Part shown: piece by piece, positions 28,808 through 38,598 of the stretch
Position numbering within the stretch: position 1 is the first letter of the stretch
Layout of the letters: each line of letters begins with the position of its first letter
Assembly: GCA_946495655.1 (NCBI GenBank)
Contig: CAMMDS010000004.1
Coordinates: 3,365 to 67,364, forward strand
Source of the DNA: an uncultured Clostridium sp.
GTDB taxonomy: Bacteria > Bacillota > Clostridia > TANB77 > CAG-508
Reading direction: 5' to 3'
DNA: 64,000 bases
Program-made: the position numbers and the translations under genes
Notes under the pieces: generated by a model
What the model saw: only the letters and a program-made list of their open reading frames with translations
Database searches by the model: none
What the model was told of the DNA's origin: nothing

Positions 28808-31408
28808 ATGGATATTTTTAAAAATGGAGTGAGATTTGTAAGATTTGATTGTCATTTACATACAAAATCAGATAAAGAATTTAAGTATGATGATGAAGAA
28901 AATAAATTTTTAGAAAGATATATAAATAAACTAAAAGAAAAAGAAATAAATGTGGGAATTATCACTAATCATAATAAATTTAATTATAATGAATTTAAAA
29001 ATTTGAAGAAAAAAGCCATAAAAGATGAAATTTTCTTAATACCAGGGGTGGAATTATCAGTTAAAGAGGGAAGTAATGGATTACATGTTTTAATCGCTTT
29101 CTCAGAAGAGTGGATTAGTAATGGAAACGATAAAATAAACGCTTTTTTAGATTCTGCTTTTATTAATGTAACAGAAAATAGAGAAAATGAAAATACAAGG
29201 TGTGATTATGATTTATTTCATTTAATAGAAGCGTTAAATAGAACTCAGAAAGATTATTTTATTATTTTTGCTCATGTGGATCAAAAATCAGGGATTTTTT
29301 ATGAATGTGATGGAGGAATGATTTCTACATTATTTAATAAAAACATTTTAAGAGAAAAGACCTATGGATTACAAAAATCATATAATAATGATAACTATCA
29401 GAATTTTGTAAATTGGACAAATATGAGGTTACCTAGAATAGAGGGCTCAGATCCAAAATGTATAGATGATATAGGAAAAGGAAATAAAAAAACATATATA
29501 AAAATAGGAGATTATTCATTTAATACAATAAAAAATGCATTGACAGATTTTGAAAACAGAGTTTCTGATAAAGCTGAAAATACTGAAAAACATGGATACA
29601 TTGAATCGCTTAATATTGAAGGAGGAAAATTTAATGAGAAAAAGTTTTACTTTTCAAAAGAATTAAATAATATAATAGGTATACGAGGAAGTGGAAAATC
29701 AGCTGTATTAGAAATTACTAGAGACATTTTAGGATTAAAATCAGATATAGATAAAAATTACAAAGATAATTTGGTTAAATATTATGTGGATTCTGGATGT
29801 AAGGCAACTTTAAATATTGTAGATAGATATAATAGAAAATATAAAATTATTAAATATTTTTCTGATAATAAAACATATATTGAGAACGATAATGGAGATA
29901 TTGAAAATATATCAGTAGATGCTTTAATAAAAAACCCGTTATATTTTGGACAAAAAGATTTATCCATGAGAACGGATAATTTTGAAATGAAGTTACTAGA
30001 AAAATTAGTAGGTTATAAGGATGTACTTTATACAGAAGATTTTAATAATATAAATAATCAAATAAAAGAAGATTTCGCTATATTAATTAATCTGTTGGAA
30101 ATTCCTGATAAAATAGCAGAACAAACAATAGAAAAAAATAATATCAATACTCAATTAAAAGTATTTAAGGAAAAGGGAATAAATGAAAAATTAGGAAAGA
30201 TTCAAAATTTTAATGAAGATACATTAGAGATAGAGAATACTATTCAAAAGTTAAATACGTTAATTAATGATATGAATAATTCAACAGAGATAACTGTAAA
30301 TGATATAGAAGAGTTAAAAAAATATGAATCAAAATATAATTCAGAGATTTTTGAAGAAATTAATAATGCTATAAATAGAATAATTATGCAGATGCAATCA
30401 TTTGAAAAAATTAAAGAAAATATAAACAAGGAGATTACTTTATTAAAACAAATACAGGGAAAATTCATAAACAAAAAGGATGGATTTATTGATGAATTTG
30501 AAAAAATAAAAAGAGAAATTAATCAAGACTTGAATCCAGATACATATTTAAAATTAAACCAAGATAAGGTAAAGCTAGAAACATCAATTAAAAATTATAA
30601 AGATAAATTAGAAAATATAAATACGACAAAAGCAAGATTAACTAATAATTTGAAAAAAAGAAGAGAACTTATAATGAGAGTTAATTCAATTTATAAAGAA
30701 AGAATACAAAAAATAAATGAAAGCCAAGATAATATAAAAATTACATTTGTTGCTAATGGAAATAAAGAGAAGTTTATTGATGATATGAAGAATCTAGTAA
30801 AAGGCAGTGGAATAAGAGGAGATGTTATAAGTAAATTAAACAATTTTTCAGATTATATAGGCATTATGGAGGATATTTATTTAAATGATTCTAAAATTTT
30901 AAAAACATTAATTAAAGATTCAGATATAGAAAAAATAAATAGTATAATGAAAGGAAAATTAGATATAGTCTGTGAATATGTGTCAGAGAATTATGTTGAA
31001 ATAAAATATCACGATAAACCATTAAAAAACCATTCTCTAGGACAAAGAGCCTCTGCTATTATTTTGTTCATTATTGAACAAAAAGAAAACGATTTAATAA
31101 TTATAGATCAGCCTGAAGATGATTTAGATAATCAAGTGATTTATAAGGAATTAATAACTACAATAAGAAAAAGGAAAAAAGACATACAATTTATTTCCTC
31201 AACTCATAATGCAAATATTCCAGTATTAGGAGATGCCGAACAAATAATTTGTCTGAAAGATGATGGAAGCAATATTAATATAAATAATAATAGCATAGAT
31301 AATAGTAGTATTCAAAATGATATAGTACAGATAATGGAAGGTGGTCCAGAAGCTTTTAAAAGAAGACAACAAATTTATAAAGAATGGAAAATAAATAGTA
31401 GCATATAA
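28808..31408 (+). CDS. PHP phosphoesterase fused to an SMC-like ATPase (Ppl/TrlF-like anti-phage protein)
   Basis: DCHLHT, TNHN, PGVEL, AH, GSD; GIRGSGKS, SLGQR, IIDQPEDDLD, THN, MEGG.EAF..R. Confidence 0.85.
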   Translation: MDIFKNGVRFVRFDCHLHTKSDKEFKYDDEENKFLERYINKLKEKEINVGIITNHNKFNYNEFKNLKKKAIKDEIFLIPGVELSVKEGSNGLHVLIAFSEEWISNGNDKINAFLDSAFINVTENRENENTRCDYDLFHLIEALNRTQKDYFIIFAHVDQKSGIFYECDGGMISTLFNKNILREKTYGLQKSYNNDNYQNFVNWTNMRLPRIEGSDPKCIDDIGKGNKKTYIKIGDYSFNTIKNALTDFENRVSDKAENTEKHGYIESLNIEGGKFNEKKFYFSKELNNIIGIRGSGKSAVLEITRDILGLKSDIDKNYKDNLVKYYVDSGCKATLNIVDRYNRKYKIIKYFSDNKTYIENDNGDIENISVDALIKNPLYFGQKDLSMRTDNFEMKLLEKLVGYKDVLYTEDFNNINNQIKEDFAILINLLEIPDKIAEQTIEKNNINTQLKVFKEKGINEKLGKIQNFNEDTLEIENTIQKLNTLINDMNNSTEITVNDIEELKKYESKYNSEIFEEINNAINRIIMQMQSFEKIKENINKEITLLKQIQGKFINKKDGFIDEFEKIKREINQDLNPDTYLKLNQDKVKLETSIKNYKDKLENINTTKARLTNNLKKRRELIMRVNSIYKERIQKINESQDNIKITFVANGNKEKFIDDMKNLVKGSGIRGDVISKLNNFSDYIGIMEDIYLNDSKILKTLIKDSDIEKINSIMKGKLDIVCEYVSENYVEIKYHDKPLKNHSLGQRASAIILFIIEQKENDLIIIDQPEDDLDNQVIYKELITTIRKRKKDIQFISSTHNANIPVLGDAEQIICLKDDGSNININNNSIDNSSIQNDIVQIMEGGPEAFKRRQQIYKEWKINSSI

Positions 31409-31414
31409 ATGTTA

Positions 31415-32500
31415 CTATTTATTTTTTTCCATCCATTCAAGCAATTCATCTTCTGAAATTATATTACTATTAAATTCTTTAATTTTTTCTTTAGCAAGTT
31501 TCTTCCAATTATTAAAAGCTATTTTAACTTGTTCATCATTAGATCTTTTAACTTGCATTAATCTTCTTTGATAATTATTTCTATAAAATTTAATTCCTTC
31601 TATAGTATTTCTTTTTTTAGAATAAGAATTGTTAGCACCAATCTTTTTACAAGTTACTTCATCTTTACAATATACAATATCACAATATTTTTCGTTATTT
31701 TTAAGTGGAATAAAATATTTACCACAGTTTTTACAACTTTTAATTTTTATATTCTTATTAGTGGCTATTTCAAATAAGAAAATATACAATATATTAGATA
31801 AGTATAAAGTGTGAAAAACAGGACTATTACCTAAACTTATTATTCCATTTTCTAGATGTTCTCTAACAATTTTAGGTGTTATAGATTGTGAAGCTATATG
31901 GTATATATCATGTGCAAATTGCTGGTAATAATATACTTCTATGTTTGTAGAATATTTAAATAAATTATTAAATATAGAATAAGCAAGATATTTTTCTAAA
32001 GGACTATAATTTTTATCTACTAAATTATTATTTAAATTAAACATATAGTCCACACATTGTCTTATTAAATACTGTAATTTTTTTAACTTAGGTTTAACTC
32101 TATTAAAAATAGGTTGATAAGTTTTTATAAATTCATTGTCTGTTTTATAAAATTTTAATAAAGGAATAGATTTATCAAATTCACTTAAAATAGTAAATCC
32201 ATAAAAACAGAAAAATGTACGATAAGAGCTTTCAAAAGATGCAAAATTTGCATTAAGGAATTTTATTAAAAAAGTACCATAACTTTCTTCAAAAGGCTCT
32301 AACAATGTGGATGAAGAAAAATAAATTTCTTTATCATTATTAGCATTATCCAAAAGTATATTTGGGAATCTATTATTTTTATCATGATTAAAAGTAGTTT
32401 TATACAAAGAAATAGAAGTTGTATAAAACTCTTTTCTTTTTTCTCTATTAAACCAAAAGTTAAAACAATTTTTTACTGGAATATTATCTTCTCTTAACAT
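31415..32500 (-). CDS. DUF6076-like protein with a C-terminal Cys cluster
   Basis: CKNCGKYFIP..KYCD..TCKKIGA; divergent from xis. Confidence 0.6.
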   Translation of the reverse strand: MLREDNIPVKNCFNFWFNREKRKEFYTTSISLYKTTFNHDKNNRFPNILLDNANNDKEIYFSSSTLLEPFEESYGTFLIKFLNANFASFESSYRTFFCFYGFTILSEFDKSIPLLKFYKTDNEFIKTYQPIFNRVKPKLKKLQYLIRQCVDYMFNLNNNLVDKNYSPLEKYLAYSIFNNLFKYSTNIEVYYYQQFAHDIYHIASQSITPKIVREHLENGIISLGNSPVFHTLYLSNILYIFLFEIATNKNIKIKSCKNCGKYFIPLKNNEKYCDIVYCKDEVTCKKIGANNSYSKKRNTIEGIKFYRNNYQRRLMQVKRSNDEQVKIAFNNWKKLAKEKIKEFNSNIISEDELLEWMEKNK

Positions 32501-32770
32501 ATAAACACCTCAAAATATAAATTGCAATGTGTTTTATTAAATAAAATTGCTAACAAAGTACCTTAATTATACAAAAAAATAGTGAAAAATGCAATAAAAA
32601 TTACAAATAAAAAATCATATAACCATTGAAAAAACTGAAAAAGAAGAAAATACAATAAAAAATTTAAAAAAATTTTAAAAATAGCACAAGATTTTATGGT
32701 TGTACTGAGCTTTATAGTAGAAGGGAGGGAGAGAATGAAATTTTAAACGATAAAGAAAGGAGGCAGTATT

Positions 32771-32968
32771 ATGATAAATAACCAAATTCAAAGAACAACA
32801 CTAACGATGAAAGAAGCATCAGAATATTTAGGTATTTCATATTGGTTAATTAATCAACTGGTAAGGAAAAAACAAATTCCGTATTGTAAAGTTGGTGGAA
32901 AATATTTATTTAGAGTACAAGCACTAGATGAATATTTAAGAAATATGGAATTACAATCTATGCTTTAA
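32771..32968 (+). CDS. Excisionase-like HTH protein
   Basis: LTMKEASEYLGIS..LVRKKQIPYCKVGGKYLF. Confidence 0.85.
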   Translation: MINNQIQRTTLTMKEASEYLGISYWLINQLVRKKQIPYCKVGGKYLFRVQALDEYLRNMELQSML

Positions 32969-32996
32969 ATTTTGAAGAAAGAGAGGAAAGGAGGCA

Positions 32997-33521
32997 ATGT
33001 ATAAGATACAATGGTTAAAAATTGATGTAAATTTATTTGCAAATAGGAAAATTCAAATATTACTGAAAGAGCCTGATGGAGATACATATATTAGAGTATG
33101 GCTTCAATTATTAATTTTAGCTATGGAATGTAATAAAGAAGGAAAATTATTAATAAGTGATAATAAACCAATGACAATCGAATATTTTTCAAAGATTATG
33201 GGAAAGTCTTATGAAAAAATGAAGAAAATTATTGGTAAATTTTTAGAATTAGAAATGATTATTCTAGAAAACGAAGTATATAAAATAAAAAACTGGAATG
33301 AATATCAAAGTATTGAAACTTATGAAAAATACAAGGAACAAGCTAGATTAAGACAACAAAAATATCGTGAAAAAAAGAAAAGTGAAAATGAAAAAAATGA
33401 CGTTACAGTAACGTTACGTAACGGAGAAGAAGAGAATAAAGAAAAGAATAAAGAAAAGAAGAGAAAAGAAATAAGAAAGGAAGAAGAAAACACAAATGGA
33501 TTTAGAAAATATGAAATGTAA
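32997..33521 (+). CDS. Phage replisome organiser N-terminal-domain protein (short)
   Basis: WLKIDVNLF.NRKI...DGDTYIRVWLQLL...IKNWNEYQ. Confidence 0.8.
   Translation: MYKIQWLKIDVNLFANRKIQILLKEPDGDTYIRVWLQLLILAMECNKEGKLLISDNKPMTIEYFSKIMGKSYEKMKKIIGKFLELEMIILENEVYKIKNWNEYQSIETYEKYKEQARLRQQKYREKKKSENEKNDVTVTLRNGEEENKEKNKEKKRKEIRKEEENTNGFRKYEM
33400..33423. repeat. Palindromic CGTTAC/GTAACG iteron cluster inside rep (candidate origin)
   Basis: ACGTTACAGTAACGTTACGTAACG flanked by purine/A-rich tracts. Confidence 0.5.
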
Positions 33522-34332
33522 TTCTAAAGACAAGATTTTCCACAATAAATGCAAATTCTGTGGAAAAAATTTAAAGCCAATAGGTCTAGATTATTTATAT
33601 GCAAATATTCCATTAAGTTCAATAAAGTATGAAAGATGCGATTGTAAACAATCAAAAGCTTATTGGAATGAAATAGATTTAAAAGAAGAAATACAAAAGA
33701 AAAGAAAACGTTTTGAACAAATGATTAGGCAATTTTATATAAAAAATTATAGTAGTAAACAAATAAAAGATTATCAATTTAAAAACTTTATAATAACAGA
33801 AATTAATAAGAAAGAAATAGAAATTGCAAAAGATTTTACAGAAAAATGTATAAATAAAAATCAAAAAAATGGACTTATTATTACTGGAAAATCTGGAGTT
33901 GGAAAAACACATTTAGCAACAGCTATTTTAAATAAACTAACTGAAAAAGATATGCTAGTTTTAATGGGAAGACTAATTTTATTGCTGGATGTAATTAAAG
34001 ATACTTTTAAAGATTTTTCAAGTAAAGAAAAAGACATAATAGAATTATATTCTAAAGTTGATATGCTTATAATTGATGATTTAGGAACAGAAAGAATTAG
34101 TAACTGGGCGTTAGAAAAACTATATACAATTATAGAAAATAGAAATGAAAATAAATTGCCAATTATAGTAACAACTAGATTTAATAAAGAGAGTTTATTA
34201 GATAGATTTTATCAAAGTGAAGATGAAGAATTAGCAGAAGCTGTTATTGAAAAATTATATCAATTTTGCTATGGAATTGAACTAAAAAAATATGATGAAT
34301 ATGAAAAAGAAAAAGTTAGTATAAGCGACTAA
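33496..34332 (+). CDS. DnaC/IstB-like ATPase (helicase loader)
   Basis: CKFC..CDC Zn motif, GKSGVGKTHL, LIIDDLGTE, IVTT. Confidence 0.88.
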   Translation: MDLENMKCNSKDKIFHNKCKFCGKNLKPIGLDYLYANIPLSSIKYERCDCKQSKAYWNEIDLKEEIQKKRKRFEQMIRQFYIKNYSSKQIKDYQFKNFIITEINKKEIEIAKDFTEKCINKNQKNGLIITGKSGVGKTHLATAILNKLTEKDMLVLMGRLILLLDVIKDTFKDFSSKEKDIIELYSKVDMLIIDDLGTERISNWALEKLYTIIENRNENKLPIIVTTRFNKESLLDRFYQSEDEELAEAVIEKLYQFCYGIELKKYDEYEKEKVSISD

Positions 34333-34617
34333 ACAAAATACTAACTTAATCCAAAAACTAATATAATTATAAAATATTTATACATAAAAGTAAAGCAAAA
34401 AAGTTCAAGTTTTTGGTTTAAAATTTGAACTTTTTTGAAAATATTTAAAATAAAAATAATAGATTTTTTATAAAAAATTATCACTCGGAGAGCCAAAAGG
34501 GTATTAGGGCATTTTGCCCTAAACAGCAAAAAGGGTGTCAATACACCTAGCTGGCGAATATTAGGTACTAAAAAATACTACCCAATATTCGTGCAAAATA
34601 AATTTTGCTAATTATTA

Positions 34618-35292
34618 ATGCTTCGTAAGCTAGCATTAATAAATTTTTATAGTAAGGAAGTGATGAAAATGTGGAGAGATTCAGAGCAAGCTTTAGATAA
34701 TATTTTTTTATCATATGATAAAATTTTAAAAAGATTACAATTATTAGGAATAACAACTAAACATGGTAAAGAAGTAAAGCATGTAGATTTAAGAAAAGCT
34801 GTAGATGTTATGTTGGAAAAACATCCAACTTGCAGATGGAGAAGTGAAAAAATAAGAAGTAGAAAATATTTAATTCTAATAGAGGGATATGAATGGATAA
34901 AACGAGTGTATTTTGAAAAAGAAAAATCTTTAATAGATGCTGATATAAATTTTTTTGAAACCAGAATTAAATTGTACGAAGATCTTTTGAAAGTAGAACA
35001 TAATGAAAATTGGTGGAATGAAGATATGGATATAAAACAATTAGAAAAATATTTTAATAGAGCAAAATCTAGTATAAGAAAAGCAATTAAGAAGATGTGC
35101 GATAATGGCTTTAGTAGTTATAAATATTTAAATAATAATAAAGTTGTTATTTCAAGTAGAGGAGTTGAATGGATTTGTAAAAATGTGTTTAAGCAAAAGT
35201 ATTTAGAGTTATTGGAAAAATATAAAATGGAGTTAACAGAGATATATATTGAAAAAGGATATATTTATGATGAATTTTTTGGAAAAAATTAA
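34618..35292 (+). CDS. Hypothetical protein, possible DNA-binding (start probably ~34663-34670)
   Basis: AAGGAAG RBS before MKMWRD; HTH-like IKQLEKYFNRAKSSIRKAI. Confidence 0.5.
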   Translation: MLRKLALINFYSKEVMKMWRDSEQALDNIFLSYDKILKRLQLLGITTKHGKEVKHVDLRKAVDVMLEKHPTCRWRSEKIRSRKYLILIEGYEWIKRVYFEKEKSLIDADINFFETRIKLYEDLLKVEHNENWWNEDMDIKQLEKYFNRAKSSIRKAIKKMCDNGFSSYKYLNNNKVVISSRGVEWICKNVFKQKYLELLEKYKMELTEIYIEKGYIYDEFFGKN

Positions 35293-35385
35293 TCTTATAA
35301 TAATAAATATAAGCTAATATATTGAGAAAAATGTAGTTTTATGATATAAAATGTAATAGATAATTATAAATGTGGGGGATTTATA

Positions 35386-38300
35386 ATGAGTAATAATGAT
35401 TTAACATTTTTTACAAATGAACCTGAAAGAAATTTGTATGAAAGATTTAACAAGATACTTAACCGAAATACACAATTTTTTGATGTTCTTGTAGGATATT
35501 TTAGAGCAAGTGGTTTTTATCTAATGCAGAATGCATTAGATAAAGTTGAAAAAACAAGAATATTAATAGGAATTAATACAGATAAACAAATTGTGGATAT
35601 GTTTGAATCAACGCAAGATGAAATTAAGCAATTAAGTTTATCTAATAAAGAGTCTATTTCAGAATATAAAAAAGAATTAGAAAAAGAGTTTGAAAAATCA
35701 GACGATACGGAAGAAGTTGAAAATGGAGTCAATAAATTTGTATCTTTATTAAAAGATGGAAAATTAGAAATAAGAATATATACAAAACAACCTATACATG
35801 CCAAAATATATATTATGAGGGACTTTAAGGATAGTCCTGATTTGGGTAGGGTAATAACTGGTTCTAGTAACTTTTCACAAGCCGGACTTGTTAATAATTT
35901 GGAATTTAATGTAGAATTGAAAAATTCGGCGGATGTTCAATTTGCATTAGAAAAATTTGAAGAATTATGGAAAGAATCGGTTGAAATTAATCAAGAATGT
36001 GTTGATACAATAGAAAATAAAACCTGGATAAAATCAGATATTACGCCATATGAATTATATGTAAAATTTTTGTATGAATATTTCAAAGAAGAGATAAATG
36101 ATGATTTAATAGATAGTACAAAGAACTCATCAAAATTTTATCCAGATGGATTTGTCCCATTACAGTATCAAAGAGATGCAGTAATTCAAGCAAAAAGAAT
36201 ATTGGAAAAGCATAATGGAGTTTTTATTTCTGACGTTGTAGGCTTGGGAAAAACATATATGTGTGCAATGTTAGCACAAGAATTAGATGGAAGATCTTTA
36301 TTTTTATGTCCGCCAGTATTAATAGATTATTGGGATAGAGTTTTGAGCGATTTCGGAGTTAGAGGCTATAAAGTAGAATCAGAAGGAAAATTGGATAAAA
36401 TAATTGAAGAAGGTACAGAACAATACAGATATGTTTTTGTGGATGAATCACATAGATTTAGAAATGCTGAAACAGAACAATATAGGCAACTACATGAAAT
36501 TTGTGTAGGAAAAAGAGTTATACTTATTTCTGCTACACCTCAAAACAATTATACTACAGATATAGCTAATCAATTGTATTTATTTCAATCAAAAAATAGA
36601 TCTACAATTGTAAATGCAAGAAACCTAGAGTTATTTTTTGATACTTTAAGAAAAAAGGTAAGATCTTGTGAAAAAGATAGTGATGAGTATAAAAAAGCTG
36701 TTAGAGATGCTTCGGAAGAAATAAGAGATAAAATTTTAAGAGAGGTAATGATTAGAAGGACAAGAACAGAAATTAAAAAAAATTATGCAGATGATTTAAA
36801 GAAACAAGGATTAGAATTCCCAAAAGTTTCAGATCCTATTAAATTAATTTATGAATTTAGCGAAAATACAGAAGATGTCTTTGAAAAAACCATACAAAAA
36901 ATAGCAGAGTTAAATTATTCAAGATATAAACCATTGACTTATGTTAAAGAACATAAATTAAAATCCAGTGAAAGATCTTTGTTAGTTGGTCAAGCTAATA
37001 TGGGCGGATTTATGAAAGGAATTTTGGTAAAAAGATTAGAAAGTAGTAAGTATGCATTTGAAATGACGCTAGGTAGATTTATAGATTCTTATAATGAGTT
37101 TATCAGAATGTATAAAGAAAAAGGTATAGTATGGATTAGTAAGAAGTTAAATATTATAGAATTGTTAGATAACGAAGATTTTGAAAAGTTGGATAGAGCT
37201 TTGAAAAATGAAGATGTTTTTAAATTTAAAGCAGAGGATTTTAATAGTAACTTTATTATAGATTTAGAAAAAGATTTAAAAATTCTTCAAAGCTTAAAAG
37301 ACATATGGAATACAGTTCAAACAGATGATAAATTAGAATATTTTATAAAAGAATTAAAAAACAATAAGAATTTGAAAAACAACAAATTAATTATATTTAC
37401 TGAGTCAAAAGAAACAGCTGAATACTTAACTGATAATATTCAAAGAAGATTAAATGAAAAAGTATTAATGTTTAATGGAACTATGCCTGACAGTATTAGA
37501 AATTCTATAAGGGCAAATTTTGATCCTAATTATAATAAAGATAGACAAAGAAATGAATATAGAATATTAATTACAACTGATGTACTTGCTGAAGGAATGA
37601 ACTTACATAGAAGCAATGTAATAATAAATTATGATTTACCTTGGAATCCTACCAAGATAATGCAAAGAGTAGGGAGAATTAACAGAGTTGGAACCAAGCA
37701 TAGTGAAATTTTTGTATATAATTTTTTCCCAACAAGTAAATCAAATGAGCAAATGTCTTTGGAAGAAAATATAATTAATAAAATGCAGATGTTTCATGAT
37801 ATTTTAGGAGAAGATTCTAAATTCTTAACGGAAGATGAAGAAGTATCTACACACGAATTATTTAAAAGAATGACTACTATAAATGAAGAAGATGATGGAG
37901 AAGTTGATTCAGAACTTTCTTACCTTAAAATCATTCGTGATATAAGGGATAAGGATAGAGAATTATTTGATAAAATAAAAAATTATCCCAAAAAAATAAA
38001 AATAGGTAGAAAAAAAGAAAATATAAACGGTTTAATTACTTTTTTCAGAAAAGGATATTTAAAAAAATTTTATATTGCTAACTCTGATGAGACTAAGGAA
38101 ATTACGTTTGAACAGGCTATTAAATATATTAAAGCAATTAAATCTGAACAAAGTAAAAAAGTAAAGGGTGATTATTATAATTTATTACGATTAAATAAAG
38201 CAGCTTTTGAAGAGGCAGAAAAAGAGGAAAATAGTAGTGAAGTAATTTCTGTAAATAAAAAAGGTACTAGTAATGCAAAAAATATTATAAAAGTATTAAA

Positions 38301-38583
38301 AGAATGTTTAAAAATGGATTACAAATTTACAGATATGGAGATTGACAATATAAATAAAATTATTAACTTATTAGAAAATGGAGAACTTCCTATAAAAATT
38401 GTTAAAGAAGGAAATAAGGCAATAAAGAAAATAAAAGGCATTAACGATATAGCAAAATTTTATAAAGAATTAGAAATAATGATACCAAAAGTTTATCTTG
38501 AACAGGAAACAAAGGTTGAAATAAATAAGAAAAAAGCTAGTAAAAATGAAAAAGAAATAATATTATCAGAATATATTTTTTAA
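35386..38583 (+). CDS. PLD nuclease fused to a SNF2-like helicase
   Basis: VGYFRASG, HAKIYI..D, GSSNFS; DVVGLGKT, DESH, SATP, TDVLAEGMNL, QRVGRINR. Confidence 0.88.
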   Translation: MSNNDLTFFTNEPERNLYERFNKILNRNTQFFDVLVGYFRASGFYLMQNALDKVEKTRILIGINTDKQIVDMFESTQDEIKQLSLSNKESISEYKKELEKEFEKSDDTEEVENGVNKFVSLLKDGKLEIRIYTKQPIHAKIYIMRDFKDSPDLGRVITGSSNFSQAGLVNNLEFNVELKNSADVQFALEKFEELWKESVEINQECVDTIENKTWIKSDITPYELYVKFLYEYFKEEINDDLIDSTKNSSKFYPDGFVPLQYQRDAVIQAKRILEKHNGVFISDVVGLGKTYMCAMLAQELDGRSLFLCPPVLIDYWDRVLSDFGVRGYKVESEGKLDKIIEEGTEQYRYVFVDESHRFRNAETEQYRQLHEICVGKRVILISATPQNNYTTDIANQLYLFQSKNRSTIVNARNLELFFDTLRKKVRSCEKDSDEYKKAVRDASEEIRDKILREVMIRRTRTEIKKNYADDLKKQGLEFPKVSDPIKLIYEFSENTEDVFEKTIQKIAELNYSRYKPLTYVKEHKLKSSERSLLVGQANMGGFMKGILVKRLESSKYAFEMTLGRFIDSYNEFIRMYKEKGIVWISKKLNIIELLDNEDFEKLDRALKNEDVFKFKAEDFNSNFIIDLEKDLKILQSLKDIWNTVQTDDKLEYFIKELKNNKNLKNNKLIIFTESKETAEYLTDNIQRRLNEKVLMFNGTMPDSIRNSIRANFDPNYNKDRQRNEYRILITTDVLAEGMNLHRSNVIINYDLPWNPTKIMQRVGRINRVGTKHSEIFVYNFFPTSKSNEQMSLEENIINKMQMFHDILGEDSKFLTEDEEVSTHELFKRMTTINEEDDGEVDSELSYLKIIRDIRDKDRELFDKIKNYPKKIKIGRKKENINGLITFFRKGYLKKFYIANSDETKEITFEQAIKYIKAIKSEQSKKVKGDYYNLLRLNKAAFEEAEKEENSSEVISVNKKGTSNAKNIIKVLKECLKMDYKFTDMEIDNINKIINLLENGELPIKIVKEGNKAIKKIKGINDIAKFYKELEIMIPKVYLEQETKVEINKKKASKNEKEIILSEYIF

Positions 38584-38598
38584 TGGGGGTAAAATAAA

